From contig QQNE01000008.1 of assembly GCA_003402735.1 (NCBI GenBank), forward strand, positions 6,859 through 70,858: DNA of 64,000 bases, in the 5' to 3' direction. Under the pieces are notes generated by a model. It made no database searches and had not been told where the DNA came from. It saw nothing but the letters and a program-made list of their open reading frames with translations. The translations under genes and the position numbers were made by a program. The stretch is from Verrucomicrobiota bacterium (GTDB lineage: Bacteria; Verrucomicrobiota; Verrucomicrobiia; Verrucomicrobiales; DEV007). Positions 9,736 through 20,031 of this stretch are shown piece after piece; within the stretch, counting starts at the first letter, position 1; every line of letters begins with the position of its first letter.

Positions 9736-10671
9736 TCAGTAGAGCAAGTCATTGGCCGGTTCCTTGGTCGGCTCCATCTTCACCGCTTTCAAAATCGCCT
9801 GCTTCTGCCCATTTTCCACGGCGTAGACCATCGTCCCGCTGACCTTCACCCACTGCATCTCCTTGTGCGGAGGCGGCGTCCCCGGGAATTCCACCGCGAT
9901 CGATACCGGCTGGGCATCGGCAGCACAACAGCTGACCATCAGAATGAAGATCCGCAGCCGGTTCTTCTTGCCGGAGTCCTTGTCTGGAATGATCTGCCCC
10001 ACCGCCTCCACAGGCTGCCCTTTGAGAACCCGTTGCAACTCCGCGTCCCCGGCCGTGTAGAAAAGCTGGTCCACCGTGAGCATCAGGTTTCCCTCTGGGC
10101 TGCGCTGCACCACTTTCTCCAAGTCTGCCAAGGTGTATTCCAGAATCTCTTCCTCTTCCCCCTTTGCGGCGGAAGCGGCCCCGGGAAGCTCCTTCTCGAC
10201 CCGCGCAGCCACCGCGTTCGGATCCTCCACAAAGCCCTTGTTGCGGATCGTGGCGGACGAGAGAAATCGGTCTTGGGAATACAGCACCGAGATCAGGACC
10301 GGAATCACCATGATCGCCAATCCCGCGCCGTTGCCGAGGAACGAAGTGTCCTCATGGACGTGACCATGATCATGGTCATGCCCGCAGCAACCCTGCTCGT
10401 GGTCGTGGTCGTGATGATGATCGTGCCCGTGATCGTGACCGCAGGTTTCCTGAGCCCGCAAATGACGGAGGTTGAAGGCGGACAACGCCAGCAAACCCAG
10501 GCCCGCAAGCAACGTGCACGTCCGCAGATACTCCGGCCGAATGTAACTCTCAACCCTGCCGGTCACATAAAACCCCAGGAGCACCACGGCCCAAATCAAC
10601 ATGGCCCCGATCCCCATCAACCGGCAGATCTCCGTTCGGGACAATTGCATGGATTTTGAAATCGCGCTCAT
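9736..10671 (-). CDS. TIGR03943/DUF1980-family membrane protein with a His-rich loop
   Basis: 311 aa with two N-terminal TM spans. The His-rich loop reads CGHDHGHDHHHDHDHEQGCCGHDHDHGHVHED. The C-terminal domain contains a VSCCAADA motif. Its ATG overlaps the stop of the upstream permease (ATGA on the minus strand at 10668..10671). Confidence 0.8.
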   Translation of the reverse strand: MSAISKSMQLSRTEICRLMGIGAMLIWAVVLLGFYVTGRVESYIRPEYLRTCTLLAGLGLLALSAFNLRHLRAQETCGHDHGHDHHHDHDHEQGCCGHDHDHGHVHEDTSFLGNGAGLAIMVIPVLISVLYSQDRFLSSATIRNKGFVEDPNAVAARVEKELPGAASAAKGEEEEILEYTLADLEKVVQRSPEGNLMLTVDQLFYTAGDAELQRVLKGQPVEAVGQIIPDKDSGKKNRLRIFILMVSCCAADAQPVSIAVEFPGTPPPHKEMQWVKVSGTMVYAVENGQKQAILKAVKMEPTKEPANDLLY

Positions 10672-11618
10672 CGGACCGCCGCCTGATCAAAGACTCCCCA
10701 CTGATGGCAAACCACCCCCACCAAAATAAACAAGCCGCACGCCAAGATCAAAACAAACCTCGGCTTGAAGATGCTGGAATAGAGAAAAATCAACTTCAGG
10801 TCCATCATCGGCCCAAAGATCAAAAAGGCCAATTTCGCCGCGTAGGAAAACTCGTCCAACGAGGCCGCCACAAACGCATCCGAGGTGCTGCAAAGCGATA
10901 GGATGAACGCCGCCCCCATCAGCGTCGGAATCGCGGTCACGTCGTTCCCCGCCAGCGGCTCAATCCAATCGCGCGGGATCACATTGTTCAAAAACGCGGT
11001 CAACGCCACGCCCACCACGAAATACATCGCCACATCGGTGAAGTCACGCTGCGCGACCTGGAGCGCATGCACCAACTTCGCTCCACCGTGATGATGATCG
11101 TGATCGTGATCGTGCCCCCCAGCCTCGCCACGATCAACCGCCCACTGAATCTGCGGACGCAAAACCGACCGCAGCGCCACCCGAATCATCACCAACCCCA
11201 CCAATACGGTGATTCCGTAAGCCAGGATCGCCCGCGACGACGCCACCAGCACTCCGGCATCGCCCCGCTCTGAAAAGGCGGCAAAGGTGCTGACCATCGT
11301 CACCGGGTTGATGATCGGCGCCGCCAGCATGTAAGTGATCGCCACCGAGAGGGGCAACCCTTTGGCCACCAACCTCCGGATCACCGGCACGATGGCACAT
11401 TCGCAAACCGGAAGCACCGCCCCGAGAAGCCCCCCGACAGCCACCGCCAGCACCCGGTTCTTCGGCAGCATCCGGTCCAGCAGCGACGGCGGCAAATAGG
11501 CGTCGATAAAGCCGGAAATCACCGTTCCGATGAAAATGAAGAAGGCACCCTCCAGCAGAATGCTGAGGAAGGCGTAAAGGGAATCGTGGATCTGAGCAGG
11601 GTCGATCGCGAGAAGCAT
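10668..11618 (-). CDS. Permease (DUF318 / ArsP-YraQ-like) with a His-rich loop
   Basis: 316 aa and polytopic. It has the PVCECAIVP motif and a central GGHDHDHDHHHGG loop. It is paired with the DUF1980-type gene, as is usual for this two-gene module. Confidence 0.8.
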   Translation of the reverse strand: MLLAIDPAQIHDSLYAFLSILLEGAFFIFIGTVISGFIDAYLPPSLLDRMLPKNRVLAVAVGGLLGAVLPVCECAIVPVIRRLVAKGLPLSVAITYMLAAPIINPVTMVSTFAAFSERGDAGVLVASSRAILAYGITVLVGLVMIRVALRSVLRPQIQWAVDRGEAGGHDHDHDHHHGGAKLVHALQVAQRDFTDVAMYFVVGVALTAFLNNVIPRDWIEPLAGNDVTAIPTLMGAAFILSLCSTSDAFVAASLDEFSYAAKLAFLIFGPMMDLKLIFLYSSIFKPRFVLILACGLFILVGVVCHQWGVFDQAAVR

Positions 11619-11695
11619 CGCGAGGAATGGTGGCCCCTAGACGAACCAATTGCAAGACGTCGAACGCGCGGCGCGATTTTCTTGCGCCAACCTCC

Positions 11696-12199
11696 TCACC
11701 AACTGGTTCGCAAAATCACCGCCGGGACCGGCCCCGCCTTCACTTTCACCTTCCAATGATCCGACCCACTCCCCAAATCCGCCAGCAACGAGTCCCCGGA
11801 TCGGCGGTCGCTCCAGAACTTCAACTTGGCCAAGCTCTTGACCAGGGAAACCACGCCCGAAGGATCCGTCTCCAAGACTTCGTCCGCCCCAAAACCAAAA
11901 GCTTCTGCGGAATCGATCGGTCCCAGAACTCCCTCGGCACGAGGCAGTGATGGTCGATCCCACTGAATCAGCTCCAACTCGGACCAAGCCATCAGCAACT
12001 CCGGCGCGGTCTGGGAAAGCATGAGCCGATCCTTCTCGATCTCGTCCAGGAACTCCGGAGCAAACGAGGCCACGTAAAACGCGGGGGGCGCAAAACGGTC
12101 CACCTCTTCCCCGGCCCAGCCACCATCCACCCCAAACATCCCGGCCAGAAACCAGAGAGGCAGAGAGACGAGATCTGTGAACGGGCGGCGAGCAGTCAC
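11696..12199 (-). CDS. Hypothetical protein (start uncertain, GTG at 12199)
   Basis: 167-aa ORF with protein-like composition. It is co-oriented with the permease pair, 77 nt upstream. I recognised no motif. Confidence 0.5.
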   Translation of the reverse strand: MTARRPFTDLVSLPLWFLAGMFGVDGGWAGEEVDRFAPPAFYVASFAPEFLDEIEKDRLMLSQTAPELLMAWSELELIQWDRPSLPRAEGVLGPIDSAEAFGFGADEVLETDPSGVVSLVKSLAKLKFWSDRRSGDSLLADLGSGSDHWKVKVKAGPVPAVILRTSW

Positions 12200-12290
12200 G
12201 GCTCAGCGTCCCTAGCGCAATCAAGCGGAGTGCGCAAGGGGCAAGATCCAGGATCGCAAGGGCGGATTGCCACCTGGGCAGCCCCACCTC

Positions 12291-13025
12291 TCAACGGGCT
12301 GGCGCGGCGTTCCAGACCTTGATGTCGTCAATCCAACCGGTCTTCCCGGCCACTCCCAGCTCGATCTTCGACTTCATCTCGTGTCCGATTCCGGACGACT
12401 GCAGATACGCGACACGCTTCCCGTCGATCGTCACCCGCATTTCGTCCCCGGCGGTCTCCACGCCGAGCAGATACCATTTGCCCGGTTGCAACTTCACCGG
12501 GTAGGTGACTTGGCGCCCCTCCAACAACTTGTTCTTCTCCGGCCCGGTGGCCATCGCACGGATGTCATTCTTCATGTTCCCATCCCGCTCATCGATGATG
12601 GTGACCCCGGTCAACCGGACCTGCGCCCGGCAAATGTGCCCGTAATGCGCTCCGGTGTATTTCCGGTCGTCAAACTCCACATCGATCATCGTGGCGCCGT
12701 CGAACTTGATCCGGCACTCGACCACGCTGTCCTTGGTCGGAATCTCCAACCCATGCACCGCCGCATGGGCCTTGATTTCAGGCTTGTCCCCAGCGGCGGG
12801 AATCGTGACGTCCCGGGTTTGCGTCCCCTTCAACGCCCCCGCCTCAAAGGCGAATGTCTCCACCACCTTGTGCCATTGCGCCGGTCTGGCGCTCCCCTCG
12901 AAATCATCCGAGAACAACAACTCCTTTTTCTGCGCGATCGGCTTGGAAGGAATTTTGGGCAAATCAGCGGCGCGCGCGGTCCCCGCCAGAAAGAGACAGA
13001 CAACAACAAGAAAACGAAGGGTCAT
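12291..13025 (-). CDS. Secreted jelly-roll protein (DUF1080/LamG-like), function unknown
   Basis: 244 aa. The signal peptide is MTLRFLVVVCLFLAGTARA. The composition is beta-rich and the protein ends ..GWIDDIKVWN. The family assignment is from recollection only. Confidence 0.6.
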   Translation of the reverse strand: MTLRFLVVVCLFLAGTARAADLPKIPSKPIAQKKELLFSDDFEGSARPAQWHKVVETFAFEAGALKGTQTRDVTIPAAGDKPEIKAHAAVHGLEIPTKDSVVECRIKFDGATMIDVEFDDRKYTGAHYGHICRAQVRLTGVTIIDERDGNMKNDIRAMATGPEKNKLLEGRQVTYPVKLQPGKWYLLGVETAGDEMRVTIDGKRVAYLQSSGIGHEMKSKIELGVAGKTGWIDDIKVWNAAPAR

Positions 13026-13176
13026 AAGGCGCGCACTGTAGCCGCCCGGACCGCCAGGGAAAAGTCAAAACACGCGGGACCAGATCAACGGAAAATTCCT
13101 GCAACCTCGGACTTGAATTTACCAGCTCTCTTAGTATTTAAGAGTTGTTGATCTTTCACTGGTAACCTTCCAGCCG

Positions 13177-13401
13177 ATGTATTCTTCCGAGGCGTCCGTT
13201 CCATCTCCCGAAACCGGTCTCGGTCTGACCCGGGACGAAACAGCTGCCTTGCAGCGAATCGCCGGGGATCTTGGCATCTCCAGCCTGACCGATCTCGTGA
13301 CTCTTCTGCTCCGCGACATCGCGGCCGCCGAGTTGAACCCGGAAGGCTGGGAACACGAAGCCGTCACCGAGTGGTTGCAATTCCGACTCACTTCCTCATG
13401 A
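13177..13401 (+). CDS. Small hypothetical protein, possibly ribbon-helix-helix-like
   Basis: 74 aa. The segment LTRDETAALQRIAGDLGISSLTDLVTLLLRD fits a strand-helix-helix pattern. The stop overlaps the next ATG (ATGA at 13398..13401). Confidence 0.45.
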   Translation: MYSSEASVPSPETGLGLTRDETAALQRIAGDLGISSLTDLVTLLLRDIAAAELNPEGWEHEAVTEWLQFRLTSS

Positions 13402-13976
13402 GCCGCAGCATTTCTTCCGGTCATCCAGCACCTGGCAAATCGTCGGTGACTTCCATCGCGCAGCAAGACAACGTCTGCTCCGCCGCCACCTCCCGAATCA
13501 GTCCTCCGGAACAGGTCGAGCGGGCCGGGGCCTACCACTTTCTCGGCCTCCACGACGAGGCCATGGAGTGTCTGGATCATCTGCCCGAGGGCTTGCGGCA
13601 CGACCGCGATATCAACGTGTTGCGCCTCTCCATCCTCCAGGGACAGGGCAACTGGCAGGCCGCAGCTGACCTCGCCAGGGCCAATCTTGCCGCTCGCCCC
13701 TCCACCCCCGAATTCTACGTGATGGGTGCCTTTGCCATCCGCCTCACGGAATCGATGGAGGCTGCCCACGCCTTTCTCCGCCAGGGGGCTGCCTTTAGCG
13801 ACACCTCGGCCATCTGGTGGTACAATCTTGCCTGTTACGAGTGCCAGCTCGGCCAACTCGACCGCACCCAGGCCTCCCTTGACCAGGCATTCCACCTCGA
13901 TGGAGCTTACCGCCGTTTGGCCCAGCACGACGACGATCTGGCGGCTTGGCGCCGTTCCGGCAACTCCCGCGATTGA
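13398..13976 (+). CDS. TPR-like helical repeat protein
   Basis: Track ORF 13371..13976 trimmed to ATG 13398. It has helical-repeat character (..WWYNLACYECQLGQLDRTQASLDQAF..) and is translationally coupled to the upstream small ORF. Confidence 0.55.
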   Translation: MSRSISSGHPAPGKSSVTSIAQQDNVCSAATSRISPPEQVERAGAYHFLGLHDEAMECLDHLPEGLRHDRDINVLRLSILQGQGNWQAAADLARANLAARPSTPEFYVMGAFAIRLTESMEAAHAFLRQGAAFSDTSAIWWYNLACYECQLGQLDRTQASLDQAFHLDGAYRRLAQHDDDLAAWRRSGNSRD

Positions 13977-14111
13977 GGGCGTTCGCCCCGCTCCCGGACT
14001 CACTCTGGGCCCGGATTTCTCTCTCTTGCCGGGCCGCCCCCTCCGGCGCAGGGTTGACTGGGGAGTCCCGGTGCCCTAGAACCTGGGAGCAACCCTCGCG
14101 CATTTTCTCTG

Positions 14112-17100
14112 ATGCCCCGATCCCTCTTTTTCGCCCTGCTCATCTCAAGCCGGTTTGTCCTCCCCGAACTTGCGCCTGCCGCGGGGAATTTGGTGTTCAA
14201 CCGGGACGTCCGCCCCATCCTCTCCGACGCCTGTTTCCAGTGCCACGGTCCCGACGAGAAAAACCGAAAAGCCGGACTTCGTCTCGATCTGGCCGAGCCC
14301 GCCCTTCGTCCGGCAAAGTCCGGGGCGACTCCCATCACCCCCGGCAAGCCGGCCGAGAGCGAGGTCATCGCCCGCATCTTTCTCGATCCGGCCGACTCCG
14401 ACCTCATGCCTCCGCACGAAAGCGGAAAAGTTCTCTCGGACGAGCAAAAGCAGATTCTCCGCACCTGGATTGAGCAGGGAGCCACCTATCAGGGGCACTG
14501 GGCCTTCCTCCCCCCGCAAAGGCCCGACGTCCCTGCATCGCCTGGAGCGTCTCACCCGGTCGATGCCTTTCTTCTAGATCGCTTGGAAGAGGAAGGGCTC
14601 ACCATGCAACCTGAAGCCGATCGCGCCACCTTGCTGCGCCGGGTCTCACTCGATCTGACCGGACTGCCCCCGACCCTGGCCGAACAGGACGCCTTCGAAA
14701 AGGATCTCGCCCCAGGCGCTTACGAACGCGTCGTCGACCGCCTGCTCGACTCCCCTCACTTCGGGGAGCGGATGGCCATCGAATGGCTGGACCTGGCCCG
14801 TTATGCCGACAGCAACGGCTACCAGACCGATGGCAGCCGTCAAATGTGGCTCTGGCGGGACTGGCTGATCCAGACCTACAACCGCAACCTGCCTTTCGAT
14901 CAATTCACCATCGAACAACTCGCCGGAGACCTTCTTCCGAACCCCACCCGCGACCAACTCATCGCCACCGGGTTCAACCGCAACCACCGCCTCAACGGGG
15001 AAGGCGGACGCATCGAGGAGGAATGGTTCGTCGAAACCGTGATCGACCGGGTGGAAACCACGGGGATGACTTGGATGGCCCTCACCCTGAACTGTGCCCG
15101 CTGCCACGATCACAAATACGATCCGGTCACGCAGCGGGAATTCTACCAACTGTTCTCCTTTTTCAATTCCGTGGAGGAGAGCGGCGTTCTCCATCCCGAA
15201 GGCAAAAACGGCATCAACACGCCCCCGCTGTTGCGAGTCCCTTCCAGCGCCCAAATGGCTCAGATCACCGCCCTGGAGGCCAAGATCGCTTCCGCCAAAA
15301 CCGCCCACGCCAAGGCGGAGGCGCAGATGCCCGCCGCTTTCGCCGACTGGGAGTCCTCTGCCCGGGCCAGACTCCTCTCAGGGAAATCCGACCCCACTTC
15401 ATGGACGCCGCTCGCCGGCGAATCGGCCAAAAGCCTGGGCGGAGCCACCCTGACGCGCCAGCCCGACGGCTCCTGGCTCGCCGGAGGACGCAACGCCGCC
15501 AACGACACCTACGAGATCACCGGCCCCCTGAACGAGGGGCGTTTCGGCGGAATTTTGCTCGAGGTGTTCCCAGATCCCTCTCTCCCAAACCAAAGCCTCG
15601 GCCGGGGCTCAAATGGCAACTTTGTCCTCACCGGCATCGAACTCACCATCCAGCAACCCGACCAAAGCAAGGCTTCCACCTTCTCAATCCCGCTGGCCAA
15701 GGCCGTCGCCTCGTTTGAGCAATCGGGATGGCCGGTCTCCTCGATCGTCGATCCGGCCGCCAAATCACGCGGCTGGGCCATCGAGGGAAACGCGCCGGAC
15801 AAACGGCTCGCCCGGCGCGCCATGTTCCTCCCAGCCTCCCCCGTGCAGATCGTCAAGGACAGCCGACTGACTGCCCGGCTCCGGCACGCCTCCGGGTTCG
15901 GAGATCACAACATCGGTCGCTTTCGGCTCTCCGTCACGCAGGCTTCACCCGACCTCGCCTCCCTCGACGGTGGCAGCGATCTTCCGCCTGCCATCCGTCG
16001 CATCCTCGCCCTCTCTCCGAACGATCGTTCGCCCGCAGACCTTGCCACGCTGAAAACCCACTTTCGCGAGGCGGTTGAAAACCCGGTTCGCCAAGCCAAA
16101 TCAGCCCTCGACGCCGCCACCGCAGAACGCGTGAAGTTTGAGGAGAGTCTGCCCTCCACGATGATCATGAAGGAGCGCCCCACGCCGCGCCCAGCCTTCC
16201 TCCTGACACGCGGTGAATACGACCGACCCGCGGACAAGGTGAACCGAGCCCTGCCCGCCGCCCTTCCCCCGCTCCCGCCCGGAGCCCCCATGAACCGACT
16301 CGGCTTGGCGCAGTGGATCGTTTCCGGTGAACACCCACTCACCGCGCGGGTCTGGGTCAATCGCACCTGGGAACGCCTCTTCGGAATTGGCATCGTCAAA
16401 ACATCGGAGAATTTCGGTTCCCAGGCGGAATGGCCCATGCACCCGGAGCTGCTCGACTGGTTGGCTGTCGAATTCACCTCGCCGACCGTGCTGCCCTCCG
16501 TCCATGGGCGACCGGCCACCTCCTGGGATATGAAGGCGATGCTCAAGTTCCTGGCAACGAGCCGGGCCTATCGCCAGAGCTCCGCAGCAACGCCAACCTT
16601 GATCCGGAAGGATCCGGACAACCGCCTCCTGGCCCGGGGCCCACGCTTCCGACTCCGCGGCGAATTGCTCCGGGACCAGGCCCTGGCCGTCAGCGGACTG
16701 CTCACTCCGGCCATCGGAGGCCCCAGCGTTCGCCCCTACATGCCCAAGGGCGTCTGGGAGGAAACCACCCGCTACGGCGATCTTCGCAACTACAAACCGG
16801 ACACCGGTGCCGATCTGTATCGGCGCACCATGTATACCATCTGGAAACGCACCGCCGCTCCGCCCACGATGCTGATCTTCGACTCGCCAACCCGTGAGGT
16901 CTGCAGCCCCAAGCGCTCGCGCACCAACACTCCCCTCCAGGCCCTCGCCCTTCTCAACGAGGTGACCTTTGTCGAGGCCGCTCGCGCCCTCGCGGAACGC
17001 ATGCTCCGGGAAGGCGGCTCCTCCTCCGAGGCTCGGCTCACCACCGGCTATCGGATCGCTTGCGGGCGTCGACCTGACCCGGCTACCCTGACGATTCTCC

Positions 17101-17276
17101 GCCAAGGACTCGATGCCCGGCTCGCCCATTACGCCACCGCGCCCGAGGCGGCCCGCCAACTCATCACCCACGGCTCTTCCAAGCCGGATCCCACCTTTCC
17201 CGCGGCGGAACTGGCCGCTTACACCGTCACCGCCAACGTCCTCCTCAATCTCGACCGGGTCATCACCCGCGACTGA
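14112..17276 (+). CDS. PSCyt (Planctomycete cytochrome c) / DUF1549 / DUF1553 domain protein
   Basis: 1054 aa. After a signal peptide it has an N-terminal CFQCHG haem-type motif in FNRDVRPILSDACFQCHGPDEKNRKAGLRLD. The layout is the long DUF1549...DUF1553 type, and a DUF1501 gene follows immediately. Confidence 0.85.
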   Translation: MPRSLFFALLISSRFVLPELAPAAGNLVFNRDVRPILSDACFQCHGPDEKNRKAGLRLDLAEPALRPAKSGATPITPGKPAESEVIARIFLDPADSDLMPPHESGKVLSDEQKQILRTWIEQGATYQGHWAFLPPQRPDVPASPGASHPVDAFLLDRLEEEGLTMQPEADRATLLRRVSLDLTGLPPTLAEQDAFEKDLAPGAYERVVDRLLDSPHFGERMAIEWLDLARYADSNGYQTDGSRQMWLWRDWLIQTYNRNLPFDQFTIEQLAGDLLPNPTRDQLIATGFNRNHRLNGEGGRIEEEWFVETVIDRVETTGMTWMALTLNCARCHDHKYDPVTQREFYQLFSFFNSVEESGVLHPEGKNGINTPPLLRVPSSAQMAQITALEAKIASAKTAHAKAEAQMPAAFADWESSARARLLSGKSDPTSWTPLAGESAKSLGGATLTRQPDGSWLAGGRNAANDTYEITGPLNEGRFGGILLEVFPDPSLPNQSLGRGSNGNFVLTGIELTIQQPDQSKASTFSIPLAKAVASFEQSGWPVSSIVDPAAKSRGWAIEGNAPDKRLARRAMFLPASPVQIVKDSRLTARLRHASGFGDHNIGRFRLSVTQASPDLASLDGGSDLPPAIRRILALSPNDRSPADLATLKTHFREAVENPVRQAKSALDAATAERVKFEESLPSTMIMKERPTPRPAFLLTRGEYDRPADKVNRALPAALPPLPPGAPMNRLGLAQWIVSGEHPLTARVWVNRTWERLFGIGIVKTSENFGSQAEWPMHPELLDWLAVEFTSPTVLPSVHGRPATSWDMKAMLKFLATSRAYRQSSAATPTLIRKDPDNRLLARGPRFRLRGELLRDQALAVSGLLTPAIGGPSVRPYMPKGVWEETTRYGDLRNYKPDTGADLYRRTMYTIWKRTAAPPTMLIFDSPTREVCSPKRSRTNTPLQALALLNEVTFVEAARALAERMLREGGSSSEARLTTGYRIACGRRPDPATLTILRQGLDARLAHYATAPEAARQLITHGSSKPDPTFPAAELAAYTVTANVLLNLDRVITRD

Positions 17277-17288
17277 TCGATTCCCCGC

Positions 17289-18743
17289 ATGAACCGGATC
17301 ACCGAATCACCCGACGCCGCCACCATCCAGGATTACCTGAATCGCCGCGTCTTCCTCCGCCGCAGCGCTTCCGCCCTCAGCGCCACCGCCCTGGCCTCAC
17401 TCGCCAACGCCGAGGAAGCCCGCCTCGGCTTGCCCGGTTTTCCAAACTTCCCGGCCAAGGCTAAGCGGATCATCTACCTCTTCCAGTCCGGCGCCCCATC
17501 GCAAATGGATCTCTTCGATCCCAAACCCCAGATGGAAAAACAACGGGGCAAGGATCTCCCCGAATCCATCCGCAAAGGTCAGCGGCTCACCACGATGACC
17601 TCCGGGCAGAAGCGTTTTCCCGTGGCCCCGAGCATCTTCAAGTTCGCCAGGCACGGCCAAAGCGGGGCTTGGCTGAGCGAAGTCTTGCCCCACATGGCCA
17701 AGGTGGCCGATGAACTGTGCTGGATCCGCACCATGCACACCGAGGCCATCAATCACGATCCCGCGATCACCTTCTGCCAGACCGGTCACCAACTCGCCGG
17801 CCGCCCCAGCATCGGTTCCTGGCTCAGCTATGGCCTCGGCAGCCAAAACAAGAATCTGCCCGCTTATGTCGTCCTCACCTCCTTCGGCTCAGGCCGCCCC
17901 GACGACCAACCACTCTATGACCGACTCTGGTCCGCCGGTTTCATCCCCGCCCAGCATCAAGGGGTGAAATTTCGCAATTCCGGCGATCCCGTTCTCTATC
18001 TCTCGGACCCCGCCGGTCTGGATCGCAACGTGCGCCGCGGCATGCTCGACGAGTTGGCCGCGCTGAATCGGAGGGATCACGAGACCTATGCAGATCCGGA
18101 AATCGATGCCCGGATCGCTCAATACGAGATGGCTTTCCGCATGCAAGCCAGCGTCCCGGATCTCATCGATGTTTCCGACGAACCCGCACACATCCTCGAT
18201 CTCTATGGACCGGATGTGAAACGCCCTGGCAGCTATGCAGCAAATTGTCTCCTCGCCCGCCGCCTCGCGGAACGCGATGTCCGGTGCATCCAGCTCTTCC
18301 ACATGGGCTGGGACCACCACGGAGGTCTGCCCAATGCCATCAAGGGCCAGTGCCGCGACACTGACCAACCCACCGCGGCCCTGATCACAGATCTCAAACA
18401 ACGCGGACTCCTCGAGGATACCCTCATCGTTTGGGGCGGAGAATTCGGTCGAACCATCTATTCCCAAGGCGCCCTCACCGATACCAATTATGGCCGCGAT
18501 CATCATCCCCGCTGCTTCACCGTTTTCCTCGCCGGAGCCGGAGTGAAGAAAGGGTTCACCCTCGGCGAGACCGATGATTACTGCTACAACATCGTCAGTG
18601 ATCCCGTCCACGTTCACGATCTCAATGCCACCATTCTCCATCTCCTCGGCATCGATCACAAAAAACTAACCTACCGCTTCCAAGGCCGCGACTATCGCCT
18701 GACGGACATTCATGGGGAACTGGTCAGGAAAATCCTGGCATGA
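17289..18743 (+). CDS. DUF1501 domain protein (sulfatase-fold) with a TAT-type signal
   Basis: 484 aa with a twin-arginine N-terminus ([13 protein letters not shown]). It has the canonical PVC pairing with the upstream PSCyt/DUF1553 gene, with a 12-nt gap. Confidence 0.85.
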   Translation: MNRITESPDAATIQDYLNRRVFLRRSASALSATALASLANAEEARLGLPGFPNFPAKAKRIIYLFQSGAPSQMDLFDPKPQMEKQRGKDLPESIRKGQRLTTMTSGQKRFPVAPSIFKFARHGQSGAWLSEVLPHMAKVADELCWIRTMHTEAINHDPAITFCQTGHQLAGRPSIGSWLSYGLGSQNKNLPAYVVLTSFGSGRPDDQPLYDRLWSAGFIPAQHQGVKFRNSGDPVLYLSDPAGLDRNVRRGMLDELAALNRRDHETYADPEIDARIAQYEMAFRMQASVPDLIDVSDEPAHILDLYGPDVKRPGSYAANCLLARRLAERDVRCIQLFHMGWDHHGGLPNAIKGQCRDTDQPTAALITDLKQRGLLEDTLIVWGGEFGRTIYSQGALTDTNYGRDHHPRCFTVFLAGAGVKKGFTLGETDDYCYNIVSDPVHVHDLNATILHLLGIDHKKLTYRFQGRDYRLTDIHGELVRKILA

Positions 18744-18754
18744 AGCTGATTTCC

Positions 18755-19945
18755 CTACGGTTTCGCCAAGGCCCGGGCCGCGGCCTCTTGAAACGCTCGG
18801 CGGACCTCACTGCCATCACTATTCGGCAAATTGGAGCGCTGGATCATCAGGAGATAAGCCACACCTTGAACCGGATCCATCCAGGCTTGGGTTCCCCAGG
18901 CACCCCCGTGCCCGAAGGTCCCGGGCGATAGCATCGCCGCCACGCCTTCATGGGGCCTGCGCAAAATGCAAGTGCCGATCCCCCATCCGTAGTTGGCGCC
19001 CAACCCCTGGGCCTGGAAGAACCCTGTCGGCAAATCCCCAGTTTGCGGCGTGATCAGAAACTTGAGCGTTTCCGGGCCCAGAAACCGATGCCCCTCCCAG
19101 GTCCCGCCATGCAAAAGCATTTGGCAGAACCGCGCATAATCTCGCGGCGTGGAAAACAGCCCGCCGTTGCCCTGGGGCGGACGATTCCGCGTCCCCTCAT
19201 ACCCCTGACGCGGAGGCACGGGTTCCAGGACGCCCGTATCTGGATGCTTGGCATACGCGGTGACAAGGCGCGCCCTCTGAACCTCACTCGGATAAAAGGT
19301 GGTGTCCTTCATTCCCAACGGACCAAACAGGTGTTGCTCCAGGAAGGCATCAAAACTCTGGCCGCTGACCAGTTCCACGATCCGGGCCGCCGCGTTGATG
19401 CCGCTTTGGCAGTATTTCCACCTCGCCCCGGGCTCATCCTGCATCGGCGCGGCCAGCCAGATTGGGACGAGATCCGCCAGAGTCTTGGCTTCCGTGGCCG
19501 CCGGACCACTCGCCTCCCCCAACCCGGAAGTGTGCGTCAGGATCTGCGTGATGGTGAGATGCGCCGCTCGGCCCGTCGGCGTTTTCAGGCCCGCAAATTC
19601 CGGCAGGTATTTCGCCACGGGATCAGAGACATCCAGCTTGCCTTGCTCCTGCAACATCAACACCGCCACGCCCGTCACCGGCTTGCTCATCGAGGCGATC
19701 CAAAACAGCGTGTCCGGCGTCATCAATCGCTGCGCCGCCAAATCCGCGAAGCCCGTGCATTCGAGATGAAGCACCCGGTCCTTCGTCACGACCATCGTCA
19801 CCGCTCCCGCGATCTCCTGTTTCCCCACCAACCCCTGCATCGCGGCACCGATCCCCGGCAGAACCGGTGGTTCCGCCTCCAACCAGGAGGGAAATAGGCA
19901 GGCGAATGTCAGAGCGGAGAAAACGGCTGGCACACGAGGCTTCAT
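18755..19945 (-). CDS. Serine hydrolase, beta-lactamase/PBP4-like family, secreted
   Basis: Track ORF 18755..20122 trimmed to the ATG giving [18 protein letters not shown] (signal peptide). The S-x-x-K motif is present in [11 protein letters not shown]. Confidence 0.8.
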   Translation of the reverse strand: MKPRVPAVFSALTFACLFPSWLEAEPPVLPGIGAAMQGLVGKQEIAGAVTMVVTKDRVLHLECTGFADLAAQRLMTPDTLFWIASMSKPVTGVAVLMLQEQGKLDVSDPVAKYLPEFAGLKTPTGRAAHLTITQILTHTSGLGEASGPAATEAKTLADLVPIWLAAPMQDEPGARWKYCQSGINAAARIVELVSGQSFDAFLEQHLFGPLGMKDTTFYPSEVQRARLVTAYAKHPDTGVLEPVPPRQGYEGTRNRPPQGNGGLFSTPRDYARFCQMLLHGGTWEGHRFLGPETLKFLITPQTGDLPTGFFQAQGLGANYGWGIGTCILRRPHEGVAAMLSPGTFGHGGAWGTQAWMDPVQGVAYLLMIQRSNLPNSDGSEVRRAFQEAAARALAKP

Positions 19946-20031
19946 ACCTCGGCATTCTCTCCGCCAACCGAACGCCAAGTCACGAAAATTTTCCATTCCC
20001 TTCGGAACATGGTTTGAGGCAACGTCCCAGG

